A program made the position numbers and the translations under genes. Shown piece after piece: positions 12,963 to 26,000 of a stretch of 64,000 bases of DNA. The notes beneath the pieces are model-generated. The model was given only the letters and a program-made list of their open reading frames with translations, was not told where the DNA came from and ran no database searches. Each line of letters begins with the position of its first letter. The stretch's first letter is position 1. The stretch covers positions 2,000,607 through 2,064,606 of the forward strand of contig JBNZDD010013598.1 of assembly GCA_050575255.1 (NCBI GenBank), in the 5' to 3' direction. Source of the stretch: Harriotta raleighana. Lineage: Eukaryota.

Positions 12963-12978
12963 CCTGTAGGTGGCAGCA
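12963..12978 (+). promoter_or_regulatory. Possible CTCF core motif
   Basis: CCTGTAGGTGGCAGCA; no upstream motif. Confidence 0.35.
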
Positions 12979-13219
12979 GATCCCAACACAAGACCAGGCA
13001 TAATGACCCCAGTTCCACAACGCTATCGTAAAGATTTAGCATTGCTCACGTTGGGAGGGTACACACTGACTTTGTGTTTGGTTTGTGCGCACACTTCATC
13101 ACGATTATCCCACCAGTCTCTCCGCTAACTCTTGAGCTGACTTGCGTAAGTTCCTACTCAACATCGGGTGGGTAAACAGTCAGTCAATTTGCCTGCCCAC
13201 CCCCCTCTCCCCACCTCCC

Positions 13220-13420
13220 AACTAAATCGCTCTGGAATTCTCTTCCCAAACCTCATTCCCTTGCACTCTCCTCTCAAAAGCCATCTAAAGACTGCACCTT
13301 CTCCCATCAACACCAGCCCTCACACCTCCCTCCTGGCTCGGGCTCCTATTCCGACCTTTGCAAAGGGCTTTTGAAAGATTCTCTCTTGTGTGAAAGGAGC
13401 TGCATAAGTGCAAGTTGTTG
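13220..13420 (+). mobile_element. Degraded L2 LINE 3' end
   Basis: LWNSLPK and LKSHLKT motifs in different frames; tail GTGAAAGGAGCTGCATAAGTGCAAGTTGTTG. Confidence 0.6.
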
Positions 13421-16400
13421 AAGTTAGAACTGCCTGCATCAACATGTCTATTATTGCAGCTTGCGACTACTGTACCAGGATTGGTAGCAGGCGGATGAGT
13501 TGTCCCCTGGTTTTATTTGTCTAGAAGTTCTTATGTTGCTGTATTATCACTTATTAAGAGTGTAAAGAAATGTGACTTATTAAAAAGACTTTTCTCTCTC
13601 TCTCCGTCTCTAAGAAAGAAGCCCAGAACCACAGGGATATCTCTAAAATTAATCCTTCAAGAAAAAAAAACACATTGGTCAAATAGGTAATAGAACATCA
13701 TAAATATCAACCCCAAATTTTACCCATTGGGCGTCACGCGTCCAATGAATCTCACAAATGGAAAGCGGATTCAAATGGAACAGGAGACCAGGAGAGGTCA
13801 AGGTCGACCTCAAATGCTTACAATTTCACGTTTAATTCAATTCACATTTCAGCCACAAAGTACACAGTCAATCCGCGTTGCAGCGTAGAAGAGCTTTGAG
13901 AAGTCTCAACGATGTGACAAGGCACTATATCAAACACGAGGATTATTATTATTAATATTATTATTAATTCCAAATCCAAACCAAATTCCAATTGCTCTTT
14001 CCGAGCTCATTCAGTCTCTTTCTACTCCTCTGATCTACTGCAGTTTTGACCAGCATTACAATGGATGGGACCGATGCATGTGGGGACAAGGCATTGGAAC
14101 TGAATCCAAACAAGCCCCATCTGAAAAGCTTTGATTCTGAGATTCTAGCAGTAGGGGGCACTGGTCGATCATCTCAAAAGACTCTTGAAACTTTTTTTTC
14201 AAAAGGCTCTGGAAACTCTTTTTTAACGAACCGTATTTAAGGAAAATATAGGTACGTGGAGTATTGCAAAAACAGCCATCAGTCTGCGTTTATGAAAGGA
14301 AAACACACAGCGTACTAATCTGAAAGGCCAATCTTTCTCACATGTTGGGTGTCCTCGCAATGCATCCACACCTCACTGGGCAAAACAGTTTGTAGTCTGA
14401 AGGGACCCGCATCCAAACACTCCTCGCTTGGCCTCTCCCTCATCAAGGTCATTCTCCTGACAAGCCCCCATCATCACAAAGTGTTGGCAGCTTGCGGGTG
14501 GGGAGGTGGGGGGGAGGGGGACATACACAAAGAGCAGTGAGGTTGTATATGTTATCTCAAATGCTGGGTAGTATTGTAAAAGGGACTTGCACAAAACAAA
14601 ATTATTTCTCAATCTTTGTTTTTGATGAAATCCTGGGCGACAAAGGCACAGGCCCATGCTGCTGTGTGGGAAACTCTCCCTGAAATACCCTCTAGTTCTC
14701 CCCTTGCTCACTTGCCCCCACATTGTTCCAATGCTTAATACAGTAACTCTACTTTCATGCACAAAATTCCTATTTGCAGTCTCTCTCTGAAGCTCCGGGA
14801 AGCCACACTGAAAGCGATGTCACGAGCTCATTAAAAGTCCTCATTTGGTTACATTGAGCAAAAGAGTCATAGTTAGTTAATTGGTTAGTTAGTTAACAAA
14901 ACATCTATAGTGTTGGCTGGTTGGGCGAGGGGAGTAACGAGATCAGATCTATATACTGTATGTTGAGCGTCTTAACTGTTGAACGGACATTACGTATTGG
15001 GAGGGAATTATTTGCGTCACCACACAGTAGATCCCAGGTTATTCCGGTTAGGAACAAGATCACGTAAACCACAGGGTATTTATGGATGATACTGTATCAT
15101 CTAGATTTAGGTTAGTGGGAGAGGATTCTTTCCAATAAGCCATGTTTAGTGAATGTGTGATGCTGGCGGCTTATAGAATAAAATGTATCCTGATTTCCTA
15201 AATTGCTACAGAATTCCACCAACATGTACAATATTGTCTTGGATTTTCCGTCCAAATCCCATTGAATGCTACGAAAACATGAAACGATCGTGAAGGAATT
15301 TCAAGGCAGTTCCCAGCACAAAACAGGGTTCCTGAGGGAATGGACTGTAACAGTGGACAGCCAGCCAGCCAGCCAGCGAGAAGCTAATGTTCCCACTGGT
15401 GAAAGATAGCTCATGATGGCTTAGGCGAGCTCGAGAGATCTATAAAAATTGGCACAGAAAAGGGACAAGGGAATAGTGGGAGAGGGGATGAGGAGGGATG
15501 GGGTCTCGTGTGAAGTTTTGACAACTGACATGGACTGGCTGACTGAATGTCATGTGTCGACAACAATAACTTACGTTTATACATTGATATAGTGTCACTA
15601 ACGTGGGCTAGAGTCCCACAGCATTTCAATATCGTGCCTCAAATTCCCAAAGTGACCAATGAGGATTTTTCTCCATGTCCACAGGGAAAAACAAATCAGA
15701 AAGGAACACAACTAGCTGTAGGCTAAAAAAAGGGGCAGAGGGACAACAGCAAAACTCCACCCCCCGCCCCACCCGTCCACACACACAAACATTGTATATT
15801 TGTATATATTTTTTTATATTTGTCCTAGGTCAAAATACATTATTGTTAGCTGTATGTGAGTGATCACTTCACGTGGAACAAATTGCATTCATTCCAAAGA
15901 CAGCATATAGTACATATCATTCAGTGCATACGATTCTCGAGGAGGGGGGTGCGGGGGTGGGAAGAGAGAAAGAGTGAGAACCAGGGAGGGCACAGCCCTA
16001 TGTCCTATTTCAGGATAATGGATTCCTGTCAAACATACAGACATCTTACAATGATTCAATTGTGTGGAGCTTTTAGAAATGCAATCTCATTTTTTTTTTC
16101 TTTTTTAAAAAAAAACGAATGGATATGTGCCCGGAGTGGGACGGTGGGAAAACTGAACCTATTCTGAATCTGTTGAGCTTTGACACGTGAAGCAACTGCC
16201 CGATTCTGATGCAGAGCAAAGCCGGCTTTAGTATTCGCTGATAAAGGGCTGGTGGTGGGGTGGGGGGAGTAATCTAAAAACGTGATTTTTGACATCCATC
16301 AGCAATTATTTTTTGCCATCTGGAAACGTCGTCGGGAGTCTTGAAGAAACTCCTGTGAACCAACTCCCAGGGATCTGTTGAATCTTGGGGAATGTGGGAT

Positions 16401-16799
16401 GTTGACTCTCTCTCTTGCCCCCAACCACCCACCCAGTCCCACACACAATCAATATAACTTTAGCTCCCGAACTGTGTCGAAATGAGCTGCTCTTTCCAAC
16501 GTGGACCCTCCCCCCGCCTCCCGCCCACGCCCCATGGCCATGAGCCAGAGGTAAGTCAGTGAGGCCAGGACCAAATGTACACCAGCAACTTGCATCGATT
16601 GTTGCAGCGCCTCAAAGCGCTCACCAGTAATGGAACTGACAAGGACAGTCATTCCCTGGCTTTCTGATGAGCCCGCAGTCAGCTCTTCAGAAATCCTTCC
16701 CTCCAATTCTCACCACTGTAAAGCAGAGTCTGCATGATGAACAACCAACGTTTTATTCCAGGAAACTCGCCCAACCATTTGGGACAAACGCTAAAAGTA

Positions 16800-17023
16800 G
16801 GCTGATGTAGTGAATTTACACTACCCCAGCAGGCTGTGGATGCTCAGTCCTTGAACATTTTCAAGGCTGAGACTGAGGGATTTTTTAAAAAATAGAGGGA
16901 GTAGGGGATATGGGGATAGGGCCGGTAATTAGGGTTAGGTCAGATCAGCCATGATCTTATTGAATGGCGGGGCGGGCTCGAGGGGCTGAATAGCCTACTC
17001 CTGCTCCTAATTCTTATGTTCTT
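16800..17023 (+). mobile_element. CR1 LINE 3' end (shark HER1-type tail)
   Basis: GATCAGCCATGATCTTATTGAATGGCGGGGCGGGCTCGAGGGGCTGAATAGCCTACTCCTGCTCCTAATTCTTATGTTCTT; closely similar to the reverse copy at 52321-52449. Confidence 0.88.
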
Positions 17024-20000
17024 GTGCTCAAAAGTCCAGATGAACCACGCAGGCTGGAGACCAGATTGCTGGCGTCTTCATCTCTCAGCATATTTCATTT
17101 CTCTGGCTGGCTGGCTATCTTGGCTGGATGTGGGATTATGACAACGACAAGAACAAGAACAAGAACAACTACAACAACAATCACCCGCATTTATACAACT
17201 CCTTTTTGCTGAACAGTGTTTCGGAGCGACAGGGGACAGAGTCTGAACTGGTTTGCTACGTGGTGTTCGCAACATTTCACTCAGTCGCAGAAACCACCAC
17301 TTCACATTGACTTGACGAAGCAAGCTTTACATTTAAAAAGTAACTTATCTTCCCCCACCTCCCTTGAGCTCTCTCCTGCCACCAATATACCTGTAGATAG
17401 TTGAACACATTTTGTACTAGTTTCAAGATAGTCCTGTTTGGCAGCATTCAGCTGCTTTCAAATGTGAAATTACACAAACGCGCACACTCGATAAAGTCAT
17501 CTGTTATGTGGAATGCTCAAACGCTTGGTTTTAGACGCCCTTGGACATGGCGATGAGTCTCCACACACGGAAGACACCCAGGGGATTAGATGGCCACGAT
17601 ATTGAAGTGTCCAAGATACACCAGGCATTCAGCAATGGGCTACCAAAGAGGTCGCAAACTAAAGATTGAAGAAAAATATTTGCAGTTGATATAAGTTCTT
17701 AACTTCAAAGCTCTTCAAAGTTTGGGTTAAGTGCAAGCAAACGTTTGTCAGTGTAACTTGTGACTCCTGGACCCAGATAGAAGGACATTACGACAGAGAG
17801 GAAGGTTTATTAACCAAACTGAGTTGAGGCAGATTTCCGGGTGGTGGGGGGGGGAACATTTGACATTTTTTCTTCCAGACTTGTTAAGAGAAAGGTTTAA
17901 CACAACCCACCGACATTAGGCCTCCTTCCACCCACCACCACCCCCCACCCACACACACACACACTGCTAACCATTGACTGGAGAAACAAACAGAAATCAA
18001 CGATCACTGCACTTCACAGAAACTTTGAAGCACTTGGGAGACGTTTAAGTTTACAGGCTCCGTAAACTTAAACTGAGTGAGATATAAATAATAATTGTAT
18101 TTGATTGTGATCAGCCGGAGGAAGTGGTGAGTGAGCCTTCTGGAAGGGAAGGCGAAGATTTTTTTCGGAAGAGAAAAGAATCCGAAGCTCGAATAAATCT
18201 GTGGCTCGTCATCAGGCAGTCTCTGGAGTCTGAACTTGGAGCAGCCAGTGGTGAGGGTTTGCACAGAGAGGTTTTTTTTTAACTGGAGAGCCAGTGGGAT
18301 AGGGAACAGTGGCCTCGGGCTTAAAGCACTGGCCACCTGGCCTGAAATAGACAGGGCTTCACACACGGACTGAAACAAAGGAGTCTCTATCCTTCAGGAC
18401 CTGTTTGGGGAAAGGCGGGGAGGTAGTGGGGAGGAGGGGGGGGTGGGGGCGGGGGTGGAGAGGAACGAGAACAGAGAACAGAACACTGGAGGTTTTAGTA
18501 AGAAAACAACTAAATTCGGACTTAAGCTACAATAGGCAGGTTAGGTCATGGCAGTTGCTTTAAAGTTTACGTTTGCTTTCGAGTGCGGTTTACGTGGCAC
18601 AGGGTCTGACCTGAAGGACTGAAGTATTTCAGGACAAGGGAGAGGTGATCCTGGAAAGTGAAAACTGTTAAGTAATTATGTTTGTTTTTTTAAAAAGTGC
18701 AAAACAATAAAAACAAGGAAAAAAAATCCTTTGTTCTTCCAATGTGTTTCAGGGACGCGCTCACTAAACAACTTATATTACTGTATTTATATAGCGCCCT
18801 GCATTTGGGGGTTAGCACAGTGTACCACTCCAGTACAGACCATTTCATTTTGCTCTTTGTAAGTCAAGCTAAGACACGGAAAGATTTTGCATGTGCTCAA
18901 AACCTCACAAGAGTATATCACTACCGATTGCAACCGAGTGACATTGCCACTAGAATACTATTGATCGTGTCGAGCTCTTTGAGACATCATCCAGTTGTGA
19001 AAGGCACTGCGTCAAATAAAAAGCAATGAACAAGTTAGCGAGCAGAGCCAAACAAAGTTTGGTTTACACTGGGTGTCTCTAGCCGGCCTTTTAAGCTGAA
19101 GCAAAAACGATTCAAAATCAACGGCTTTTTTGGAGCGAGGTTTCTGACAATTGCCCTGAGTGAGTGGAATAGTTTTGGTTGAACAACGAGAGTGACAAGG
19201 TACAGTACATCACTATGGAAGAGGCTGAGGGGGGGGGGGGAGTTGAGCAAACATACACAGCTGAGATAACAATCGTTGAAGGAGTCAAACCCATCAGCTC
19301 TCTTCACTGATGTCACTTCAACTCTCGCTGGATCTTCACTCGAAACTCTCTCCTTTCCCCCCACCCCTCTACCCCACCCCACCTCACCCCTCCACAACAT
19401 CAGTGCGGATGAAGAAGACCCGTCCGCCGATTGATCTCGTCCTTCCAGAAATGCCAACCCTAACAACCAACACACCATCAAGCATTAAAAAGCCCTGACT
19501 TCAGTCTAACCGTTGCTAAGATAGTGGTGACAAGCAAGTTAATCTCTGAACTGATGGCGAGCTTCCACGTTAAGTTACCTGGGGCAAGGAGGCTTTTAGT
19601 CATACCCCTCAATACATCAAGCATTTCTCTCTTGGTCTAATGTCATGTAATTCCTTCGATGATGTAAAAGGAGTTTCTCAAGATTAAGGCAGTCGGTCGG
19701 TGGTGGGATTGATTTCTAATAATTTTGACATCTGCAAGTCACCAGAAATACTGCTTTAGTGCGATAGACTTCAAAGATTAGCTGGGCATTAAGACATGCC
19801 CCTGTTTAACACAATCCCTTTGATTGTACATCATATCCAGAAAACACTTCCAGTAAAAAGTACTTCCAGAGGGCGGAGAGCTCCCTTCTCAAACGGAGGC
19901 ATTTTAAACAGAATAAACCATTCAGTGTCATTTTGTATTGTATTGTATTGTAAGAGGATGCAGCCCCACCTTGTCGAGAGGAGTGTGTGGTGTGGGGGTG

Positions 20001-23000
20001 GAGGGCTTAGGGTGAGAGAGTGCATGAAAGGGTTGATATGGAGGTAGGGAAGGAAATGGAAAGAACGACAGCACCAGAAGAAAGGATTGAGCAAGTAGAT
20101 ATGCTTATTGCCTCCAGGTGCTCAGTGACATTTGGCTATTGCGAGACTCGCTCACCAAATATCAGGGTTAACGTAACATGCAAATACAGTCAAACACAGA
20201 CAGGATTGTTCCTCTGCTTCCCCGTTCACTGTTTGTTCACATGAAGCAATAGGTTCACTGGAAAGAGAGAAAGAGACAGAGAGAGAGAAAAAAAGAGGAC
20301 TGAAAGTGTGGTATCTGTCTCTCACTCAAGAGTCCTGGGTGTAGAAGCATTTTCTGGCATTTTAAACATTTCAAATAACGTCCACCACAGATAAAAGACA
20401 AAAGTTGGGAGTGGTTTTACTACAAGACAGCGATGAAATTAATGGCAGCAGCTTCCAAAGATTGTAAACCATCAGGTTCTTTCCCCCAACCCCGATCTCC
20501 ACACACCCCTCTCTTCTCCCCTCCTCTCATACGAATCAGAAGCGAAGTGGGATTGCCCAAGAAGGGAGTCGTTGAACTAACTTGGTTATTTACTCTCGTT
20601 TCTTGCTCAGGAATGCTACACTTCAGCCACACTGGAACAGAGCCACATGGCAAGTATACCCAAGGGGGATTTCAGTTGTCACCTATGTCAACTCATCACT
20701 CAGTATGTTTACTTACTGTAGGCTATCAGCTTCAGAAAGCATTGAAACAGAGCATGTTATAAAGCATTTATGTTGCCTATTGAATTTAGTTGGGGGGGGG
20801 GTTATGGGGGGTAGTGGATGGAATGTCTTGTTTAGTTCAGTGGATTGTCAAGCGTTCAGATGTGCTCTTGAAGTGACACGTGCGTAGCTATGGGAAGGGA
20901 ACGATTCCTCGGATACAACAGTAGACCGAAGCGGCCATAGCCCAGGTCATCTGGGAAGTGGTTCAGAGAGAGCGATTGGCAACCTTGAACATAGGCATTT
21001 ATACGGAGAGTTTGCGAGATGATGCACAATGGACTTATTTTAGTGTTGTTTTTCTAAAAGTCAAAGTGCATGTACTTTAAGTCAGTTAACCAACCCACCC
21101 AACCACCCAGCCACCCACCCAACCACACAAAAAAAAACATTTGGTCTTTCAAGACAATCTATTACGTACTCTCTGGACAAAATAGCTCTTCGATGGGACT
21201 CTGCCCCACCCCCACCCTCTTAAATTCATGGTGACAGCTGGTTGAATGCTTCCCCAATGACAAAAAGGTCATCAACCAAAGACTTCAGAATATTCAACAT
21301 AACCTTCAAGCCCGAAGAACACAGGCATACCATTAGGTCCAGTTCAGGATTTTAAAGTGAACTGACTGTATATTTTGCGGGGGGAAACACACGTTGCTAT
21401 AGTGGTATCAAGATGCAAGCTAGACCAGTTGTACATTTAGCTGGTAACAGCAATTCAATGACTGGAAACAGCAAGTGATCAGTTAAACCAACTTTCCAGC
21501 TCTGTGTGTTAAATATTCCTTCATCGTGCAACAACGTAAACAGGATACATTCAACCCAGAAGAGGAGTAGTCTGTGCGACTGCTACCTATTATTTCAAAG
21601 TCCCTGTTTTTTTTATTTCCCTCGAATTAACCCAACTCCTTCCCCACGTCTCTCAATATCCAGAGGACAAGATTGGGAAACTTTGGAGAGACGCAGGACA
21701 GAGTGAGAAGGAGAGAGGGTGATGGGGGTGGGAGGAAAATCTGAAATACNGTTCAACCCAGAAGAGGAGTAGTCTGCACAGGAGAGTGAGAAGGAGAGAG
21801 GGTGATGGGGGTGGGAGGAAAATCTGAAATACACAGTGACATTTTGCCGTGACTTCAGCTAAACAGCCGTGTCCTCTGTAAGCCAAGATCAATAGCAGCG
21901 AAATCCACAAATTCCTCATTAAATTAACCGGTTTCCTGTGCAAAAGACGTACCCTTGAATTCTATGTTAACAGGGAGGGCAGCGAGAATGTGCTGCAATG
22001 CACACACACACACACACACAGACACAAAGATGGAGAAAGGTCAAGTGTACAGAGCCCAGGTAAAAAAAAAAAAACTTTGGGAACTTTCAGAGAAATTGGG
22101 CATTTAATTCTTTTTTGTGTGTGTGTGTGTCTGTGTGTGTGAATTTCCAGGGAAGTGCAAATGCACAGCACAAAATAAAATAAAAGCAGAAAATTGGTCC
22201 AACACAAATTCAGCCTGCACCTAAAACAGTTGGCGAGCTTCCAAGACAAACATTAACTGCANACAAGAATGTGCTGCAATGCACACACACACACACACAC
22301 ACAGACACACACACAGACACAAAGATGGAGAAAGGTCAAGTGTACAGAGCCCAGGTAAAAAAAAAACTTTGGGAACTTTCAGAGAAATTGGGCATTTAAT
22401 TCTTTTTTGTGTGTGTGTGTGTCTGTATGTGTGAATTTCCAGGGAAGTGCAAATGCACAGCACAAAATAAAATAAAAGCAGAAAATTGGTCCAACACAAA
22501 TTCAGCCTGCACCTAAAACAGTTGGCGAGCTTCCAAGACAAACATTAACTGCAGTAAACGTCACAGGATCCCGAACAGTGTTGAAACCGAGCAAGATAAC
22601 AAAAGCGAAAATTCTTAGGTGAGGCGACTTGGATGTTAAGGTCAGAGTTAAACCTTGTTTCGCTTGAAGCAGTGGCTCGTTCCCTTGATGCTACATTTTC
22701 TGGGCATTACAATTCAACAAACAAATCATTATACTATACTAAGAGGACGTGGTTTAAGGCTAATACATTTTCCACTGCTTAACACAAGGTATTTCAAGGA
22801 ACAGCAGCTCTTTTGTCGGCTTTCAAAAGACCGGGCTTAATTTTGGCAATATTTTCTGTGTTAAGTGGTTGGAAAAAATTAAAAAGCAATTTCCTGCCAC
22901 TTGTTCACAAGTGTATTTTGGGGGATCTGGATGTGCAGCGGGCATGTGGTGTGATGACTGGCAGCCAAGCGCTCCAGATACTGCCACTGCCTCCTTCAGC

Positions 23001-26000
23001 TATCACTTAAGGCCGCTGCNGCTCAGACCTGCCTCCTTCAGCTATCACTTAAGGCCGCTGCTGCTGGTTGGAGGAGGATGGTTTCCGGTCGATCTAGTTC
23101 AGAGATGGATCATAGGACAACTTCTCCGAGTTCCCATGCTCTGATGAATCCAACTACCCTGGGCGCAGGGCGATCCAGTTACAAACCGTGCCCTGGCTCC
23201 ATGAAGGCAAATTAAATTACAAAAGGGTCGACGGAATAAAATGGACACCTGTCTTGTTTCTGGTCGTCAGGTTGCTGCGGAAGTCACTTCCTGTGTAAAT
23301 TGGTGGGTTTTTCCTGCACGCCAGACTCATGCCAACCTCGGGTGTACAGGACGGGAGAGGTGGGATGAGGGAAGGGGTGGAAAATGTCCTATTTGGGAGC
23401 GAGCGAAAAGAGATGGGAGATTCCCATCATCGATCCGTCCGGACGCAATAGGCCATTCACCACATTTCCCCCTCCGTGGCTTTGGCACACGAACACCAGT
23501 GTTAGCTGCCGAGACCAAAGGAAACAGAAGAAAATAATTGCTCATGTCTAGGCTCCCCGTCCAGCCAAAAAGTAGATGATGTTCCCCTTTCTCCCACTTT
23601 CCCTCCACCCACCCGCACTCCGCCCCAGGTTTACACCTGCTGCCAATTCCAGTCACATCTAAAACCAGGTCTCCACACGGAGACACAGGTTACAAGCCAA
23701 GGAATAGCCGAACATACAGCACCCACCTCACCCCCCTCTCTCTCTCTCTCTCTCTCTCCCACCCCACCCCCCCGCATCTCAGCACAAACACCTCAGGATT
23801 TTGCTCCAAGACAAAAGGTGCTTTTTTCTCCCTCCCCTTGTCCCAGGGGTCAGCATATTTTAATCAGATGTGAGCTTGTTTGCGCATTGGACCCAAGCTT
23901 CGAATATCTCTTTATACTCTATGGGTGCTTAAAACCTCTCTAGACAAGCTCCACATTGTATTGCTACACCAATAAATGACAACTCCCCACTCTGACATAC
24001 TTTAAAGTTGCCTAAATGAGCCTTTTCTTTTTTGATATAAAAAGCTTGTATTCTGCTCTCTTTGTACATTATAAGGAGGTCTGAAACAGAGCATTGTTTG
24101 TGAGCTATTTCACACAGGAGTGAGGTGAAACGGCTGCCAAAAAAAGAGCAGTTAGTTCAGCCTAAAATCTCTTCATACATGCCTGAAAGCTTAAAAGACG
24201 CCAGTTTACATTCAAATGCAACCGAAAAAGAATAATTGTGTCATTCCTTCTGAATGTTTCCAGCAGATTGCCAACCAGTCCCGAGTGCGTGTCTCTTAAC
24301 AGAGCACTTTTTTTTTGTGGAGCTGTTGGGTCAGCCTGATCCGACTTGCTCATCCTTGAGTCAGAGGGGTAAGTTGTAAGTGTGCCTAGTCGCCCACATC
24401 AGAGAGAGTCTCGGGGCAAGCAGTGAGCAAACAGGTCCTGCCCCATTGTGTGATTACCAGCTTCCTTGGAAAGCAGCGACACACTTCACTCGGTTTTGAG
24501 GGATGCAATGCAACGCCATCGCCCCCCAAAACAGATCGAAAAGATATTTCCCCTCTACAATAAGAAGGCCTCACTGAAAATTGGACGACCTGGCTCGAAT
24601 GAGGAGCGTCACTGAGGGTTTCTGCTCTTCATCGCCGCTGGCAGTATTGGGTTCTACTAGGATACCACGTCCTAATACTCTATCGCCCATCTTGCTGGCT
24701 CTGAGCTTACACGTGGAAATCTTTTCCGAGCTTCCAGTCATTGATCAGAGCCTAGAAAACAGTACAATCCCCACACCCCCCCCTCCTACCCCGTTAAAAA
24801 AAAACACTAAAAGAGCTGATTCCTTCAAAACAGAGGAGAGAAAGTTGCCAAACGCCAAAGAAATGAGAGCCAGCACTGAACTTAACACCCCAAAAACTCC
24901 AAACGGATTAGGTTCAGGGTTAGTCAAACATCGTTGCTGGTTCCAAACCTTCAGTTTGAGAGGATTCTCGCCCCCCCTTCCCACCCACCCACCACCACTA
25001 CCACCACCACCACCACCAAACCAGTCGCAGCCAAGCCACAAGGGGAATTGAAAACCTAAAATTGTAAAACATCTCAATGCGACACTTTCACACACTCGAG
25101 TCCACATTTCCCACTCCCTGCAATTACTTAACCGCACCGGCATGTGATACAGCACCCAGAGTCAGAACACCTCGAACCTCTATCAAGTTCTCGTGTCTGC
25201 CCTAGAATTAGTGGGATACCAAAGCAACCACATGGGACACATTTTTGGGTGGACGTTAGGATATGCCACAACACTGACGGGGAGAAGAGAAGCGAGTTTC
25301 TCCCGATGTTCTGGCCAACAATTGTCCGTATAAACTGGTCAGTTCTACCATGGTGGCTGGATCTGCCAATGCCAAGCTCTCATAAACAAGCGCGCAGCAT
25401 GACGCAAGTGCCTTGCTAAACAGGGGGGTGGGGACTGCAAAAGCGAGACTCAAGAGTTTATTTATGTCATTACCAACACACAAGGGTTATTATTAGTTCA
25501 GAAGATGGCTCACGGGAGATAAAGTGGATGGGAGGGTAAAACCCGCGATAGACTTGGGAGGAGGGGGGCAAGAGGAAGGGAGATACAGTAGTTGGGCTGA
25601 ATGGCCTTTTTCCATTCCATCCTTGACTGACTGCCCCATTTCTGCCTCAGCTTGCCTTGTAATCCAGCTATCGCCCCAGGTAAAACAGCGAAGGTTTAAA
25701 AGCCTAAGGCTTGAAGTTCCCCCTGCTGGCTAACACAATATTCTTCAGGTGAGGCCCTGACCTCAGCAGATGTAGAGGTGCCACTTTAAAAGCATTTGGC
25801 TCCTCTAGCGGGTCCCAGTGAGAGAGGATTATCCTTGCCAGGGACCACATCAGTGACTCAGAACAGTCAAAATAGCAGTGCAGGAAATGGTCACTTAAAG
25901 AATTGGAGCTCTCTTCTCAAAAATACTGCAAGGCTCCCTCCGATTTGCGATCCAATAAAGTTTTCGCACTCATTATTTCAGCTGCTGCAATATTTAATAA

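Noticed and set aside
17905-17915. 11-nt match to the reverse complement of miR-181b (and a loose miR-181-like stretch near 21232)
   Set aside because: Seed half absent or mismatched and no precursor hairpin.
24570-24751. Minus-strand acceptor followed by an ORF of about 56 aa (MTGSSEK...)
   Set aside because: No homology that I recognise and only a weak donor; insufficient evidence.
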